Part shown: one piece after another, positions 28,185-38,477 of the stretch
Layout of the letters: each line of letters begins with the position of its first letter
Numbering within the stretch: position 1 is the stretch's first letter
NCBI GenBank assembly: GCA_052279835.1
Contig: CP181291.1
Coordinates: 2,752,001 to 2,816,000 of the forward strand
Reading direction: 5' to 3'
DNA length: 64,000 bases
From: Microcoleus sp.
Lineage (GTDB): Bacteria; Cyanobacteriota; Cyanobacteriia; Cyanobacteriales; Microcoleaceae
The notes under the pieces: generated by a model
The model's input: the letters and a program-made list of their open reading frames with translations, nothing else
Told to the model about the DNA's origin: nothing
Database searches by the model: none
Position numbers and translations under genes: made by a program

Positions 28185-31100
28185 CCCCGGCCACCATAAT
28201 CTTGTACCAAAAGAAGCACGTCGATAGAAAAGATCGAATCCAGATTCGTTAGGGGACTGTACAGAGATACTTGTAACTCTTCAGGTTTGGGTAAATTAGG
28301 TGGCAGGGATTGACTTAAATCGAAGCTAGCATTTACACCTGTCACCATCCCTGTCAAATTCACAGGCATAGAGAAGGCTATACTACTCCAACCATTTACT
28401 ATTGGTTGTGACAGATTCGCTGTAAAGCTAGTTGTGGATGTGGGCGATGGATCGCTATCTTTATCAGTAAAATCCCAACTCAGATTCCCGTTATACCGAC
28501 TTGTTAAATCTAGGTGGTTGTATTCCAAACCATCATCAACAATCCCAATAGTTACGCCCCTCCCCCGCACTGTTTGAGAACTTGCAGGATTAATTACATC
28601 CCAAGTTGCGGGGACATTCGCATTCTGTAAATTCCACTGATCTTTGTATAAGGTGTCCTTCGGTTCGTACAACAACCTTAAGCTAACGGGCACCTGCGGG
28701 TAAGCATATTCTACTCCTCCGATGGTTGCTAGCTGAGCCGCCACATCTTTCGGAGCAATTTCCTTTGGAAATTCCCAGATAAAAGTGTTGGGAATGTGGC
28801 CAGTATCCCCCTGATTTATCGCACCAATACTAGCTGCTAACTGCTGTGAAGACTGTCCAGGTGTTACCCAAACAACCCACTCCTTGGTTTCTGCTAAAGC
28901 TTCTGGTGGGTAGCTGTCGAGATTTGCAGCACCCACGATCGCCAATCGGACTTCATCAGACAACCCATCTTCACCCGGATCGCTAATCAGCGCAAACTTT
29001 TGACTCGATACTGCACTAGCATTACCTACTTTATCATAGGCGATCGCCGACAATTGATAGCGCCCCGGTGCTAAACTGCTCAAATTATCACTAAAATTGA
29101 ATCTACCAAACCCATCGCTATCACTGGTGAATTGAGTAACATCATTAGCGATTTCAATTTTCTCACCACCTTCTTTTTGGAACCAGAAATCGACTTTAGC
29201 AATATCGCCGACTCCTTGATCGTCAAAAACCTTAGCGCCATTAAAACTAATTTTTTCACCCTTAGTATAGAGGGGTAAAGTTCTAAATTGTAAATCTCTT
29301 GGCGCTGTATTCGTTGGCGTCGGCGTCGGAGTTATTGTCGGAGTTGGTGTTGGTACTGGCGTCGGAGTCGGAGTTATTGTCGGAGTTGGAGTTGGAGTAG
29401 GGATAGCTTCGTTGACAGTCAAGCTTTTTACTACCGTGTTGCTGGTAGCGCCTTCTTTATCGTAGGCGATCGCCTTTACCTCATACTTCCCTACACCCAA
29501 ATCCGGCAAAGAATAGCTAAAATTTCCCCATCCAAGGCCATCAGCCACGAAAGTTTCAGCATTACTAAGCTTAATCAATGCACCGCCTTCCTTTTGCACC
29601 GAAAATTCTACACTTTTCAGGTTATCAACACCATCGGCATCGTAAACTTTACCACCCGTAAAGCTAATGTTGTCTCCCACCGTGTATGTACTTGAAATCT
29701 CAAATTGCAAGTCTTTTGGTGCTGTATTTATTGGTGTTGGTGTTGGTGTAGGAGTTGGTGTTGGTGTCGGTGTTGGTACTGGTGTCGGAGTTGGTGTAAC
29801 GATCGCTTCCTTCACAGTCAAGCTTTTGAGTACCGTATTGCTGGTAGCCCCTTCTTTATCGTAGGCGATCGCCTTTACCTCATACTTCCCTACACCCAAA
29901 TCCGGCAAAGAATAGCTAAAATTTCCCCATCCAAGGCCATCAGCCACGAAAGTTTCAGCATTACTAAGCTTAATCAATGCACCGCCTTCCTTTTGCACCG
30001 AAAATTCTACACTTTTCAGGTTATCAACACCATCAGCATCGTAAACTTTACCACCCGTAAAACTAATTTTGTCTCCCACCGTGTATGTACTTGAAATCTC
30101 AAATTGCAAGTCTTTTGGTGCTGTATTTATTGGTGTTGGAGTTGGTGGTGGAGTTGGTGTTGGTGTCGGTGTTGGTACTGGTGTCGGAGTTGGTGTAACG
30201 ATCGCTTCCTTCACAGTCAAGCTTTTAAGTACCGTATTGCTGGTAGCGCCTTCTTTATCGTAGGCGATCGCCTTTACCTCATACTTCCCTACACCCAAAT
30301 CCGGCAAAGAATAGCTAAAATTTCCCCATCCAAGGCCATCAGTCACGAAAGTTTCAGCATTACTAAGCTTAATCCATGCACCGCCTTCCTTTTGCACCGA
30401 AAATTCTACACTTTTCAGGTTGTCCACACCATCAGCATCGTAAACTTTACCACCCGTAAAACTAATTTTGTCTCCCACCGTGTATGTACTTGAAATCTCA
30501 AATTGCAAGTCTTTTGGTGCTGTATTTATTGGTGTTGGAGTTGGTGGTGGAGTTGGTGTTGGTGTCGGTGTTGGTACTGGTGTCGGAGTTGGAGTTATTG
30601 TCGGTGTCGGCGTTGGAGTTATTGTCGGTGTCGGCGTTGGAGTTATTGTCGGTGTCGGCGTTGGAGTTATTGTCGGAGTTGGTGTTGGGGGAACCACCAC
30701 TTCAGGATTTTTGACTGTAAATTCTTTAGTCGCCGCCGTGCTAGAAGCTCCTGTTTTATCGTAGGCGATCACAGTCAATTGATAATCACCAATTCCTAGG
30801 CTATTGAGCGAGTAGTCAAAACTTGCCAACCCAGCGCTATCGGCTGTAAAATTCACAGCATCATTGCCTAGCTTTTGCCAATTATTCTGATCTTTCTTGA
30901 GCCAAAAACTTACTTGCTTGAGGTCATTAACTCCTTCCGCATCATATACTTTAGCACCAGTCAAACTAACTATATCTTTGGGATTGTAAATATCTTTGAC
31001 ATTGAATTGTAAGGAAGTAGGTGCTGTATTTTTAGGTACTAAATTAACTTGGTCGTTAATGTATTTCACTACCTCTGGCAATTTCGGTCGCCAATCAAGT

Positions 31101-32011
31101 GTAGGCTCGATCACCTGAGCGAGTGCGATCGCCTTTCCTGTCGCATTCGTGATTTCAAAAATCGTATCATTATAATCGCGATCGCTCCCTAAATCCACCC
31201 GTAAATCTTCCATGACAAACACATTGCCCTTTTCATTTACATCGGCTATTTGACCTATATGAAAAGCCTCAGATGGATTAGCTTTAGCCAGTGAAAACAA
31301 AGGACGTTTCGTACTACCGATAGTGGGATTGTTAAACACTTCTTGTACCGTCCCATTCGGAACCAGCATCAGCCCAAATTTATCCCCAGGTCTCATGGTA
31401 AAGAATTGAACACCTTTATATTGTCCAGAATTCTGGTTAGCTTCCCAAGGTAAAACCGCATCAAACTTAGCTCCTTGATTGAAGTCAGAAATTACCACAT
31501 GACCCAAATAGGAATTGCTGATAATTCGCCCACTGGTTTCCTTAATAAACTCTACAGAATCTGGATTAAATGCTCCCAATCCCTCCAAGCTGAAAATCCC
31601 AATTTCACCTTGGTATGTGCCACCATCCAGCAGCAAATCAAAACCCACTTCCCCTGGCGAATGAACATCAAAAAAACCTGATTCAAAAGGTAAACCTGTC
31701 AGAGAATCAATGGTTAGCTTATAATTTGTATCACTCCCTGCTTGTTGAACTTCTAAAGAATAGTTGCCTATTTCTAAATTGCCAAAATTTATGACTTTAG
31801 GAGCGAGGGGGTCTAGTTGCGTTATGGATAAAATCCTATCATTGCTATCTTTTAGTAGCCAGTTTACAGGAGCGCTTAAACCAGAAAATGATATGTTCAG
31901 ATTGCTCGGTTCCGTAATCTTAAATTTATAAGTATCATTGGGGGCTGCAAAGTTAACCGAGTCTTGGTGACTGTATGTATTTTTAAAATTACTAATATCT
32001 AAAATCGACAT
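28172..32011 (-). CDS. N-terminal part of giant S8 protein: DUF4114-like domain, Ig-like repeats with PT linkers, catalytic Asp
   Basis: EDLRVDLGSDRDYND; repeated AIAYDK domains; GVTIGIVDDGLEY; frameshift near 28250 links it to the downstream ORF. Confidence 0.8.
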   Translation of the reverse strand: MSILDISNFKNTYSHQDSVNFAAPNDTYKFKITEPSNLNISFSGLSAPVNWLLKDSNDRILSITQLDPLAPKVINFGNLEIGNYSLEVQQAGSDTNYKLTIDSLTGLPFESGFFDVHSPGEVGFDLLLDGGTYQGEIGIFSLEGLGAFNPDSVEFIKETSGRIISNSYLGHVVISDFNQGAKFDAVLPWEANQNSGQYKGVQFFTMRPGDKFGLMLVPNGTVQEVFNNPTIGSTKRPLFSLAKANPSEAFHIGQIADVNEKGNVFVMEDLRVDLGSDRDYNDTIFEITNATGKAIALAQVIEPTLDWRPKLPEVVKYINDQVNLVPKNTAPTSLQFNVKDIYNPKDIVSLTGAKVYDAEGVNDLKQVSFWLKKDQNNWQKLGNDAVNFTADSAGLASFDYSLNSLGIGDYQLTVIAYDKTGASSTAATKEFTVKNPEVVVPPTPTPTITPTPTPTITPTPTPTITPTPTPTITPTPTPVPTPTPTPTPPPTPTPINTAPKDLQFEISSTYTVGDKISFTGGKVYDADGVDNLKSVEFSVQKEGGAWIKLSNAETFVTDGLGWGNFSYSLPDLGVGKYEVKAIAYDKEGATSNTVLKSLTVKEAIVTPTPTPVPTPTPTPTPPPTPTPINTAPKDLQFEISSTYTVGDKISFTGGKVYDADGVDNLKSVEFSVQKEGGALIKLSNAETFVADGLGWGNFSYSLPDLGVGKYEVKAIAYDKEGATSNTVLKSLTVKEAIVTPTPTPVPTPTPTPTPTPTPTPINTAPKDLQFEISSTYTVGDNISFTGGKVYDADGVDNLKSVEFSVQKEGGALIKLSNAETFVADGLGWGNFSYSLPDLGVGKYEVKAIAYDKEGATSNTVVKSLTVNEAIPTPTPTPTITPTPTPVPTPTPTITPTPTPTNTAPRDLQFRTLPLYTKGEKISFNGAKVFDDQGVGDIAKVDFWFQKEGGEKIEIANDVTQFTSDSDGFGRFNFSDNLSSLAPGRYQLSAIAYDKVGNASAVSSQKFALISDPGEDGLSDEVRLAIVGAANLDSYPPEALAETKEWVVWVTPGQSSQQLAASIGAINQGDTGHIPNTFIWEFPKEIAPKDVAAQLATIGGVEYAYPQVPVSLRLLYEPKDTLYKDQWNLQNANVPATWDVINPASSQTVRGRGVTIGIVDDGLEYNHLDLTSRYNGNLSWDFTDKDSDPSPTSTTSFTANLSQPIVNGWSSIAFSMPVNLTGMVTGVNASFDLSQSLPPNLPKPEELQVSLYSPLTNLDSIFSIDVLLLVQDYGGRGWMI
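29405..30600 (-). repeat. Three near-identical 399-bp intragenic repeats (Ig-like domain plus PT linker)
   Basis: GTCAAGCTTTT anchor at 29418, 29817 and 30216. Confidence 0.9.
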
Positions 32012-32719
32012 TGTTTATATTCCCCTGATAAGTTGACAACACACAAAAAAAATAGCCTTAATTTTGGCTATAAGCAAAATGCGCAGGATTTAGAATGCCG
32101 ATGTGTTGCCGAAACTCGCCAAAAGATTTCAAGGTAAAATAAGTGATACTTATGATTCCTTGATTATCAGCTTAGTCTTCGACTTGCTTTTACAGCAATT
32201 CAATTCGTTTGCAGATGCTTGTCACCCTGAAATTGAAAGTCAGAACAGATATATGAATATGATGTATTCGATTTTTGGTAGAACTTTTATCTAGACGGTT
32301 AGCATTGTACCTGAATTTTAGAGATATGTTGCATTTTTTTTATAAAGATTTTGCTTTCCGCCTGCTGTAAAGCTAACCTCACGGGATTAAAAGAAAGTGA
32401 GAGCAAAAGGAAGAAAAAACAAGAAATCAGCAAAAAAAAGCCATAAAATAGATGTTTTCAGCCATTAACAAACCCTTGATGCCCATCCCCCATGCCCCGA
32501 CACACTATATCCGCATAACCACTTAACAGGTTAAAATATTTATACCAACCCCCAAGGAGGTTCTATAATTCTGTCATTCCGATCCTTGACAAGGTTCAGG
32601 AGAGTGAAAAATCTCGGAGGGAGATACTTCGCTACACTAGGTGTCGCTCAGTATGACAAATATATCAACTGTCTTGAGGGTTGCCCGATCGCATCTACTT
32701 AACAAGGGAACATAAAAAA

Positions 32720-33136
32720 ATGAATCGTCCTCAAAGTGTTAATATTCTGGCAATTTTACAGCTAATCAGTGCTGTTTTTAGTCTGCTTGATGGCTTATTT
32801 ATCTTATTTTTTGCTGGTATTTTTGGTGGCATTGGTGCTGTTGTTGGTGGCGCAAAAGTCGGCACGGTCATCGGGGGGGTTATTGCCATATTTGCCGCGA
32901 TAAGTCTGATTTTAGGAGTTATTTCTTTAGTTTTAACTTGGGGTTTGTTTCAACTCAAAACTTGGGCTTGGACAGGAACATTAATTGTCCATGTCATTGC
33001 TACCCTTGCACAGGTGGCGAAAATGTTTGGTAGTGGTGGTACTGCGGTCAACTTTTTGACTCTCGGTTTTGCGATCGCTACCATTTACTACTTACTGCGA
33101 TCGGAAGTTAAACAGGCTTTCGCGATCGCACCATAG
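32720..33136 (+). CDS. Small multi-TM membrane protein (possibly DUF2127-like)
   Basis: MNRPQSV..., WGLFQLKTWAW, about 4 TM helices. Confidence 0.65.
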   Translation: MNRPQSVNILAILQLISAVFSLLDGLFILFFAGIFGGIGAVVGGAKVGTVIGGVIAIFAAISLILGVISLVLTWGLFQLKTWAWTGTLIVHVIATLAQVAKMFGSGGTAVNFLTLGFAIATIYYLLRSEVKQAFAIAP

Positions 33137-33215
33137 CCATCTTATTTGATTATTCCCTTCTAACTTGTCCCAAATTGACCGATAATCAAAGATTGTCCAA
33201 TATCCACAAATTCCC

Positions 33216-34232
33216 ATGAGTACAAAAAAAGCTACAGATTTAATTAACCAACCAATTCGAGTAGGCGTCTTGGGTTATGGCGGACTCGGCCAAGCAGCCG
33301 CCCGTTTACTCGCTCCCAAACGGGAAATGCTCTGGGTAGCCGCCGCCGACCAAAAAGGTTACGCCTATGCCGCTGAAGGCTTAAATTCTAAAGATTGCGA
33401 AGCTATTTATAAATCTCAAGGTTCTTTAGGTTATTTGGAACCTGCGGGAATTTTGAGCGATCGCAGCATTCAAGAATTGATCCAAACAGCCCAAGGAGTA
33501 GACGGCTATTTTCTCGCATTACCAAATCTTCCCAACACATTCATGGCATCCGTAGCCAGACAATTTATCGAATCCGGCTGGAAAGGAGTATTAGTAGATG
33601 CCATCAAACGCACCAGCGCCGTCGAACAAATTCTCGCCCTCAAAGACGAACTTCAAGCAGCAGGAATTACCTACATGACAGGCTGCGGTGCAACACCAGG
33701 GTTACTAACAGCAGCCGCAGCATTAGCAGCTCAAAGTTTCGCAGAAGTGCACAGCGTCAAAATCACCTTTGGAGTCGGAATTGCCAATTGGGAAGCTTAT
33801 CGAGCCACCATTCGCGAAGACATCGCCCATTTGCCCGGTTATGACGTACCGAAAGCTCAAGCCATGTCTGATGCAGAAGTAGAAGCGCTGTTAGATACCA
33901 CCAACGGTTTATTGAAGCTGGAAAATATGGAACACGCCGATGATATCATGTTGGAATTGGCGGGAATTTGCGATCGCGATCGAGTCACCGTCGGCGGCAT
34001 AGTTGATACCCGCAATCCCAAGAAACCCCTGAGCACCAACGTTCAAATTACCGGCCGCACCTTCGAGGGCAAAATCTCCACTCACACCTTTACTTTAGGT
34101 GACGAAACCAGCATGGCTGCCAACGTTTGTGGTCCCGCATTCGGTTATCTAAAAGCAGGTTTAATGCTGCAAAGAAAAGGCATTTCCGGCTTATTCACCG
34201 CCGCTGAAATCATGCCTCAATTTGTCAGGTAA
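33216..34232 (+). CDS. bioU: (S)-8-amino-7-oxononanoate synthase BioU
   Basis: GYGGLG Rossmann motif, [34 protein letters not shown]. Confidence 0.85.
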   Translation: MSTKKATDLINQPIRVGVLGYGGLGQAAARLLAPKREMLWVAAADQKGYAYAAEGLNSKDCEAIYKSQGSLGYLEPAGILSDRSIQELIQTAQGVDGYFLALPNLPNTFMASVARQFIESGWKGVLVDAIKRTSAVEQILALKDELQAAGITYMTGCGATPGLLTAAAALAAQSFAEVHSVKITFGVGIANWEAYRATIREDIAHLPGYDVPKAQAMSDAEVEALLDTTNGLLKLENMEHADDIMLELAGICDRDRVTVGGIVDTRNPKKPLSTNVQITGRTFEGKISTHTFTLGDETSMAANVCGPAFGYLKAGLMLQRKGISGLFTAAEIMPQFVR

Positions 34233-34406
34233 TACCAATTTAATGGGTCGTTGCACAGATCTCGATCCCCCTCGCATCCCCACCCCCCCCTGCCCCCCCC
34301 AAGGGGGGATGGGGGAAGGGGGACGAAAGAGAAGAATCTTGTCCCCCCCTTATTAAGGGGGGCTAGGGGGGATCAGATTCTACGGGGCCTCATAAAAAAT
34401 TGGTAT
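34232..34406. mobile_element. MITE-like element with C/G-run hairpins
   Basis: TIR ATACCAATTT...AAATTGGTAT; internal CCCCCCTTATTAAGGGGGG. Confidence 0.6.
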
Positions 34407-34591
34407 AAGCTAAAAATCATCGTCCTGGACGCACTTCAATCTAAGAAACATCCAAGAAACCGGGTTTTTAGCGATATTAAAGACTATAACCAGTATTCTC
34501 GAAAAAACCCGGTTTCTGGCCACCCACTGCGATCCAAAAAAGTTCAGGTATTCTGTCACTAATTCACGCCTACACCAATTGAGGAAAAACC

Positions 34592-35195
34592 ATGACAACC
34601 CTGCTAATTCAAACCCAAAGCGTCCCAATGACGATCGATCTTCCTGCGATCGAACCAATGACTGTTGAACAGTTCTATGAATTCTGTCTAGCCAATCGCG
34701 ATTTGAGAATCGAACGTACTGCCAATGGAGAAGTTATCATTATGTCACCAGCCTTTTCCGATACAGGGAACCGCAACATTAAAATTGCTCAGCAACTTGC
34801 AAACTGGGCAGAAGAAGATGGCACAGGTGAAACATTTGACTCCAGTGCAGGCTTTACCTTACCCAATGGAGCAACCCGCTCCCCCGATGCCTCATGGATT
34901 AAACTAGAGCGCTGGAATGCCTTAACTGAAGCACAAAAAGCCTCATTTGCACCGATTTGTCCAGACTTTGTGATTGAATTACGGTCTTCTAGCGATACTC
35001 TCAAAGGATTGCAAAACAAGATGCAAGAATATATTGACAACGGTGTATCACTCGGCTTGTTGATCGATCGCAAAAACCGAAAAGTCTACATCTACCGTCC
35101 CAATCGAGAAACTGGAAATCTTGGATAATCCCGAAACAGTGAGCGCCGATCCAGAGTTAACAGGATTTGTCTTACGGATGGCCAAAATCTGGTGA
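34592..35195 (+). pseudogene. Uma2 (DUF820) endonuclease-like protein with a +1 frameshift near 35110
   Basis: RIERTANGE, SPDASWI, PDFVIELRS; the other frame gives EILDNPETVSADPELTGFVLRMAKIW-stop. Confidence 0.75.
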
Positions 35196-36017
35196 ATCGT
35201 CTGCATCAGGATCGATACCCATTGCTAGCAGTCTTTCTGCAAGTCGCGCCGCTTTTTGTTCCGCCCTTTGAGCACGTTGATGTTCTTGTTCAGCACGTTG
35301 ACGCTCCTGTTGTGTTCTGAGTTTTTCAAGTTCAGCCCTTTCATCACCAATTAATAACAAATTCCCCTGACTATCCCACCACCGCAACCAAAGTTGCGTT
35401 TGATTTTGATAACTTCCCTGCCAAAGTCCCAACTCAATTTCTAATGGTTCAATCGGATAGTGACCCCGTTGATTAGGTTCGAGTTTTTGATAAGCAAAAT
35501 CTCTCAAATGATAGACTTCTAATCGCTCGTTGCTCATCTCATAAATGCCGTAGTAAGGAATCCGAATAATTTGCTCATAAACCCAAAACTTACCCGGTTT
35601 TTGCACCTCTCCTTCATCCGTCATCAACAAAGGAGTGGCATCTCGTTCTTCATTGCCATTTCCGCTGGCAAATTCCAAAGCAATTAAAGGTGCTAAATGT
35701 TCTCGCCACAGCACGTAAGAACGGCGATATTTTCCCTGTTCCGGGCCTGCTGAAACATTCGGCACGTAGAACCAATCAGGAGCTTCTGCCCCTTTTTCCG
35801 GTGGCTCAGTTTCCCGCCAATAAATCCCAGAATCTTGTCCGATGCAGTAGCGTCCGTCGGGATGTCGCCGTTGCAAAACAAGTCCGATGGAATCAGTGAG
35901 AATTATACTTTGAGGATGCTCCTGAAAATTTTTCACGAAAGTACCGTCAGACTCAGGAAGTTGTGTATGATCTGGAAATTGGGGAGGCAGATCTATGTCA
36001 ATTAATGTTTCCGACAT
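35172..36017 (-). CDS. Uma2 family protein with coiled-coil tail
   Basis: PDHTQLPESDG, APDWFYVP, LEFASG. Confidence 0.85.
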   Translation of the reverse strand: MSETLIDIDLPPQFPDHTQLPESDGTFVKNFQEHPQSIILTDSIGLVLQRRHPDGRYCIGQDSGIYWRETEPPEKGAEAPDWFYVPNVSAGPEQGKYRRSYVLWREHLAPLIALEFASGNGNEERDATPLLMTDEGEVQKPGKFWVYEQIIRIPYYGIYEMSNERLEVYHLRDFAYQKLEPNQRGHYPIEPLEIELGLWQGSYQNQTQLWLRWWDSQGNLLLIGDERAELEKLRTQQERQRAEQEHQRAQRAEQKAARLAERLLAMGIDPDADDSPDFGHP

Positions 36018-36143
36018 AATTTTAGGGCGATCGGAGCTATTGCTGGTTATTTTATCATAATTTATGGCGAGGGTAATCCAATTAGATGGAAAATTTTTCT
36101 CTCTTTTTTTGTAGATTCTTAGATGATCATCTAAATTATTTGC

Positions 36144-36758
36144 CTACAACTCATAACTCTCTTCACCAATATTTCCCACTTCCCCACTACCCAGAAACTC
36201 TTCCTCATCTACTTCCTCAATTCCAGAGTCGAAACTTTCCACCACAAACGGCAAACCAGCCCCCATCAAACCCCGCTGAATCAGTTCCGGCGTTTCATCA
36301 AACAACACAAATAAAGGATGAATAGCCTCAGCTTTATCGCTAAAAATATGCCTGTAACGATATGGCATCACCCACTCATAGTCTTTATCTAGCCAAACCT
36401 GACACTGCCGCCAACGGGCAAGTAACTCAGAAAACTCCTCATCCGGGCGATGAATAAAAATCAAAATTTCCACCCCAATTTTAACTTTCCATTCAGGATC
36501 GCACATCAAAATTACCAAATCGCAGGGTAAGCCAACTGCCTGTCCAGCCGATATACTAGCGCCACCGATTCCCGCATAGGAAACGCCATCCCGCAGCCGC
36601 GCAATGGGCAAAGGAATTGCTATCAAACTATCATCGCTCCGACGGATACTCGGAACCATTTCCATGTAGAGTCGATACTTCTTAAGCAGTTCAAGGGCGG
36701 CCGAAGATTCACTGTATTGTGCTAGTAACGCTTCGTAATTATATTGTTTAATAAACAT
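36144..36758 (-). CDS. Conserved cyanobacterial hypothetical protein
   Basis: 204-aa ORF with MCDPEWK motif, downstream of pilC. Confidence 0.7.
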   Translation of the reverse strand: MFIKQYNYEALLAQYSESSAALELLKKYRLYMEMVPSIRRSDDSLIAIPLPIARLRDGVSYAGIGGASISAGQAVGLPCDLVILMCDPEWKVKIGVEILIFIHRPDEEFSELLARWRQCQVWLDKDYEWVMPYRYRHIFSDKAEAIHPLFVLFDETPELIQRGLMGAGLPFVVESFDSGIEEVDEEEFLGSGEVGNIGEESYEL

Positions 36759-36905
36759 TTTAAAATCAGGATTTATTAGTTATTACTTACTTGTTATTAG
36801 TTATTAGCTGTTTAGTTACTGGTTACTGATTACTGGTTATTAATTATTCGCACCAACAAATAACCAATAACCAATAACAAATAACACATAACAAATGACT
36901 GTTTT

Positions 36906-38033
36906 TTACAGCTTCTGAAACACTGCAAACATGGGCAGATACATAGACAGCAAAATCGAACCTACGATACCACCGACGACCACAATCATCAGTGGTTCTA
37001 GCATACTCGTCAGTCCTTTTACTGCTTCTTCCACTTCCGTTTCGTAGAAAGCGCCAACTTTCATCAGCATCTTGTCAAGTTCCCCTGTTTCTTCGCCAAT
37101 TGCCATCATCTGAATTGCCAAGGATGGGAATACTTTTTGTTCTTGCAAAGCAATACTAATCATGCCACCGCTTTGAATTTCTTGTCTTGCATATTCGATC
37201 GCGTTTGAGATAGCCTGATTCCCAGCCACATCTCGCACAATTTCCAAAGAGTTGAGAATCGGTACACCCGATCGCGTCAGCGACCCAAATATCACACAAA
37301 ATCGAGCCACAGCAGATTTTTCGATCAAATCTCCAAAAATCGGCGCCTTCATCATCATCTTATCAACTTGCAGGTGACCTACGGGAGTTTTGTAGTACAT
37401 ATCGAAGGCAAATTTTAGCGCTATAATCACCCCAATAACAGTCAACTGTTGGATGGGGGGCCAAGCGGTACAAAACGCACTAATTGCCAACATAAACAAC
37501 GTAAAAGCAGGCAAATCTGCACCAATATCCTTAAAGATTTTCGCAAAAGTTGGTAGCAGAAATATCGTCATTGCGAAAAAAATGATAATCGCGATGGAAA
37601 ACACAGTCTTCGGATAAGACATAGCAGAATTAATTTCCGCCTCTGTTTTGTGATTTTTTTCCATCATCACAGCCAGACGGTCTAGGGTTTCATCTAACAC
37701 ACCCCCGACTTCTCCAGCAGCCACCATACTGATAAACAGTTGGTCAAAAACATCAGGAAACTTCGCCATTGCTTCTGCCAAGTTTATCCCTTCTTGTACG
37801 TCAGCATTCATGCTCCTGAGCGCTCGTTTCAACTTAGGATTAGAACACTGTTCGTGCAAAACAGAAAGACATCTAACGATGGCGACCCCTGCATTAAACA
37901 TAGCCGCAAACTGACGAGCAAAAATAGCTAAATCTTTAACAGTAACACTGCTAAAAGTGTACTCTATTTGCTCTTGAATTTGTTCAAAACTAAAACTGCC
38001 TTTAGGCTTTTCGCGGATTACATTGGTAGCCAT
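36906..38033 (-). CDS. pilC: Type IV pilus platform protein PilC (T2SS F family)
   Basis: AGEVGGVLD, GEETGELD, LEPLMIV. Confidence 0.93.
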   Translation of the reverse strand: MATNVIREKPKGSFSFEQIQEQIEYTFSSVTVKDLAIFARQFAAMFNAGVAIVRCLSVLHEQCSNPKLKRALRSMNADVQEGINLAEAMAKFPDVFDQLFISMVAAGEVGGVLDETLDRLAVMMEKNHKTEAEINSAMSYPKTVFSIAIIIFFAMTIFLLPTFAKIFKDIGADLPAFTLFMLAISAFCTAWPPIQQLTVIGVIIALKFAFDMYYKTPVGHLQVDKMMMKAPIFGDLIEKSAVARFCVIFGSLTRSGVPILNSLEIVRDVAGNQAISNAIEYARQEIQSGGMISIALQEQKVFPSLAIQMMAIGEETGELDKMLMKVGAFYETEVEEAVKGLTSMLEPLMIVVVGGIVGSILLSMYLPMFAVFQKL

Positions 38034-38071
38034 ACATTACCTGTGAAATTTTATGAAAAATTAGTAATCAT

Positions 38072-38470
38072 TAGTTATTGGTTATTGGTTATTGGTTACT
38101 CGTTATTGGTTATTGGTTATTGGTTATTGGTTACTCGTTATTGGTTATTGGTTATTGGTTATTGGTTACTCGTTATTGGTTATTGGTTATTGGTTATTGG
38201 TTACTCGTTATTGGTTATTGGTTATTGGTTATTGGTTACTCGTCATTGGTTATTAGTTCTTGGTTCTTGGTTCTTGGTTATTTGCAATTCCCAATTCCCA
38301 ATTCCCAATTCCCAATTCCCAATTCCCAATTCCCAATTCCCAATTCCCAATTCCCAATTCCCAATTCCCAATTCCCAATTCCCAATTCCCAATTCCCAAT
38401 TCCCAATTCCCAATTCCCAATTCCCAATTCCCAATTCCCAATTCCCAATTCCCAATTCCCAATTCCCAAT
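38072..38470. repeat. Two abutting heptamer (STRR-type) arrays: (TTATTGG/TTACTCG)n then about 26x CCCAATT
   Basis: Read directly between pilT and pilC. Confidence 0.95.
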
Positions 38471-38477
38471 AACTGAA

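Noticed and set aside
29667..30799. Cys/Trp-rich and VG-repeat ORFs resembling RiPP precursors
   Set aside because: Antisense readings of the PT-linker codons
34251..34562. 103-aa ORF after bioU
   Set aside because: Made up of MITE and dispersed repeat sequence
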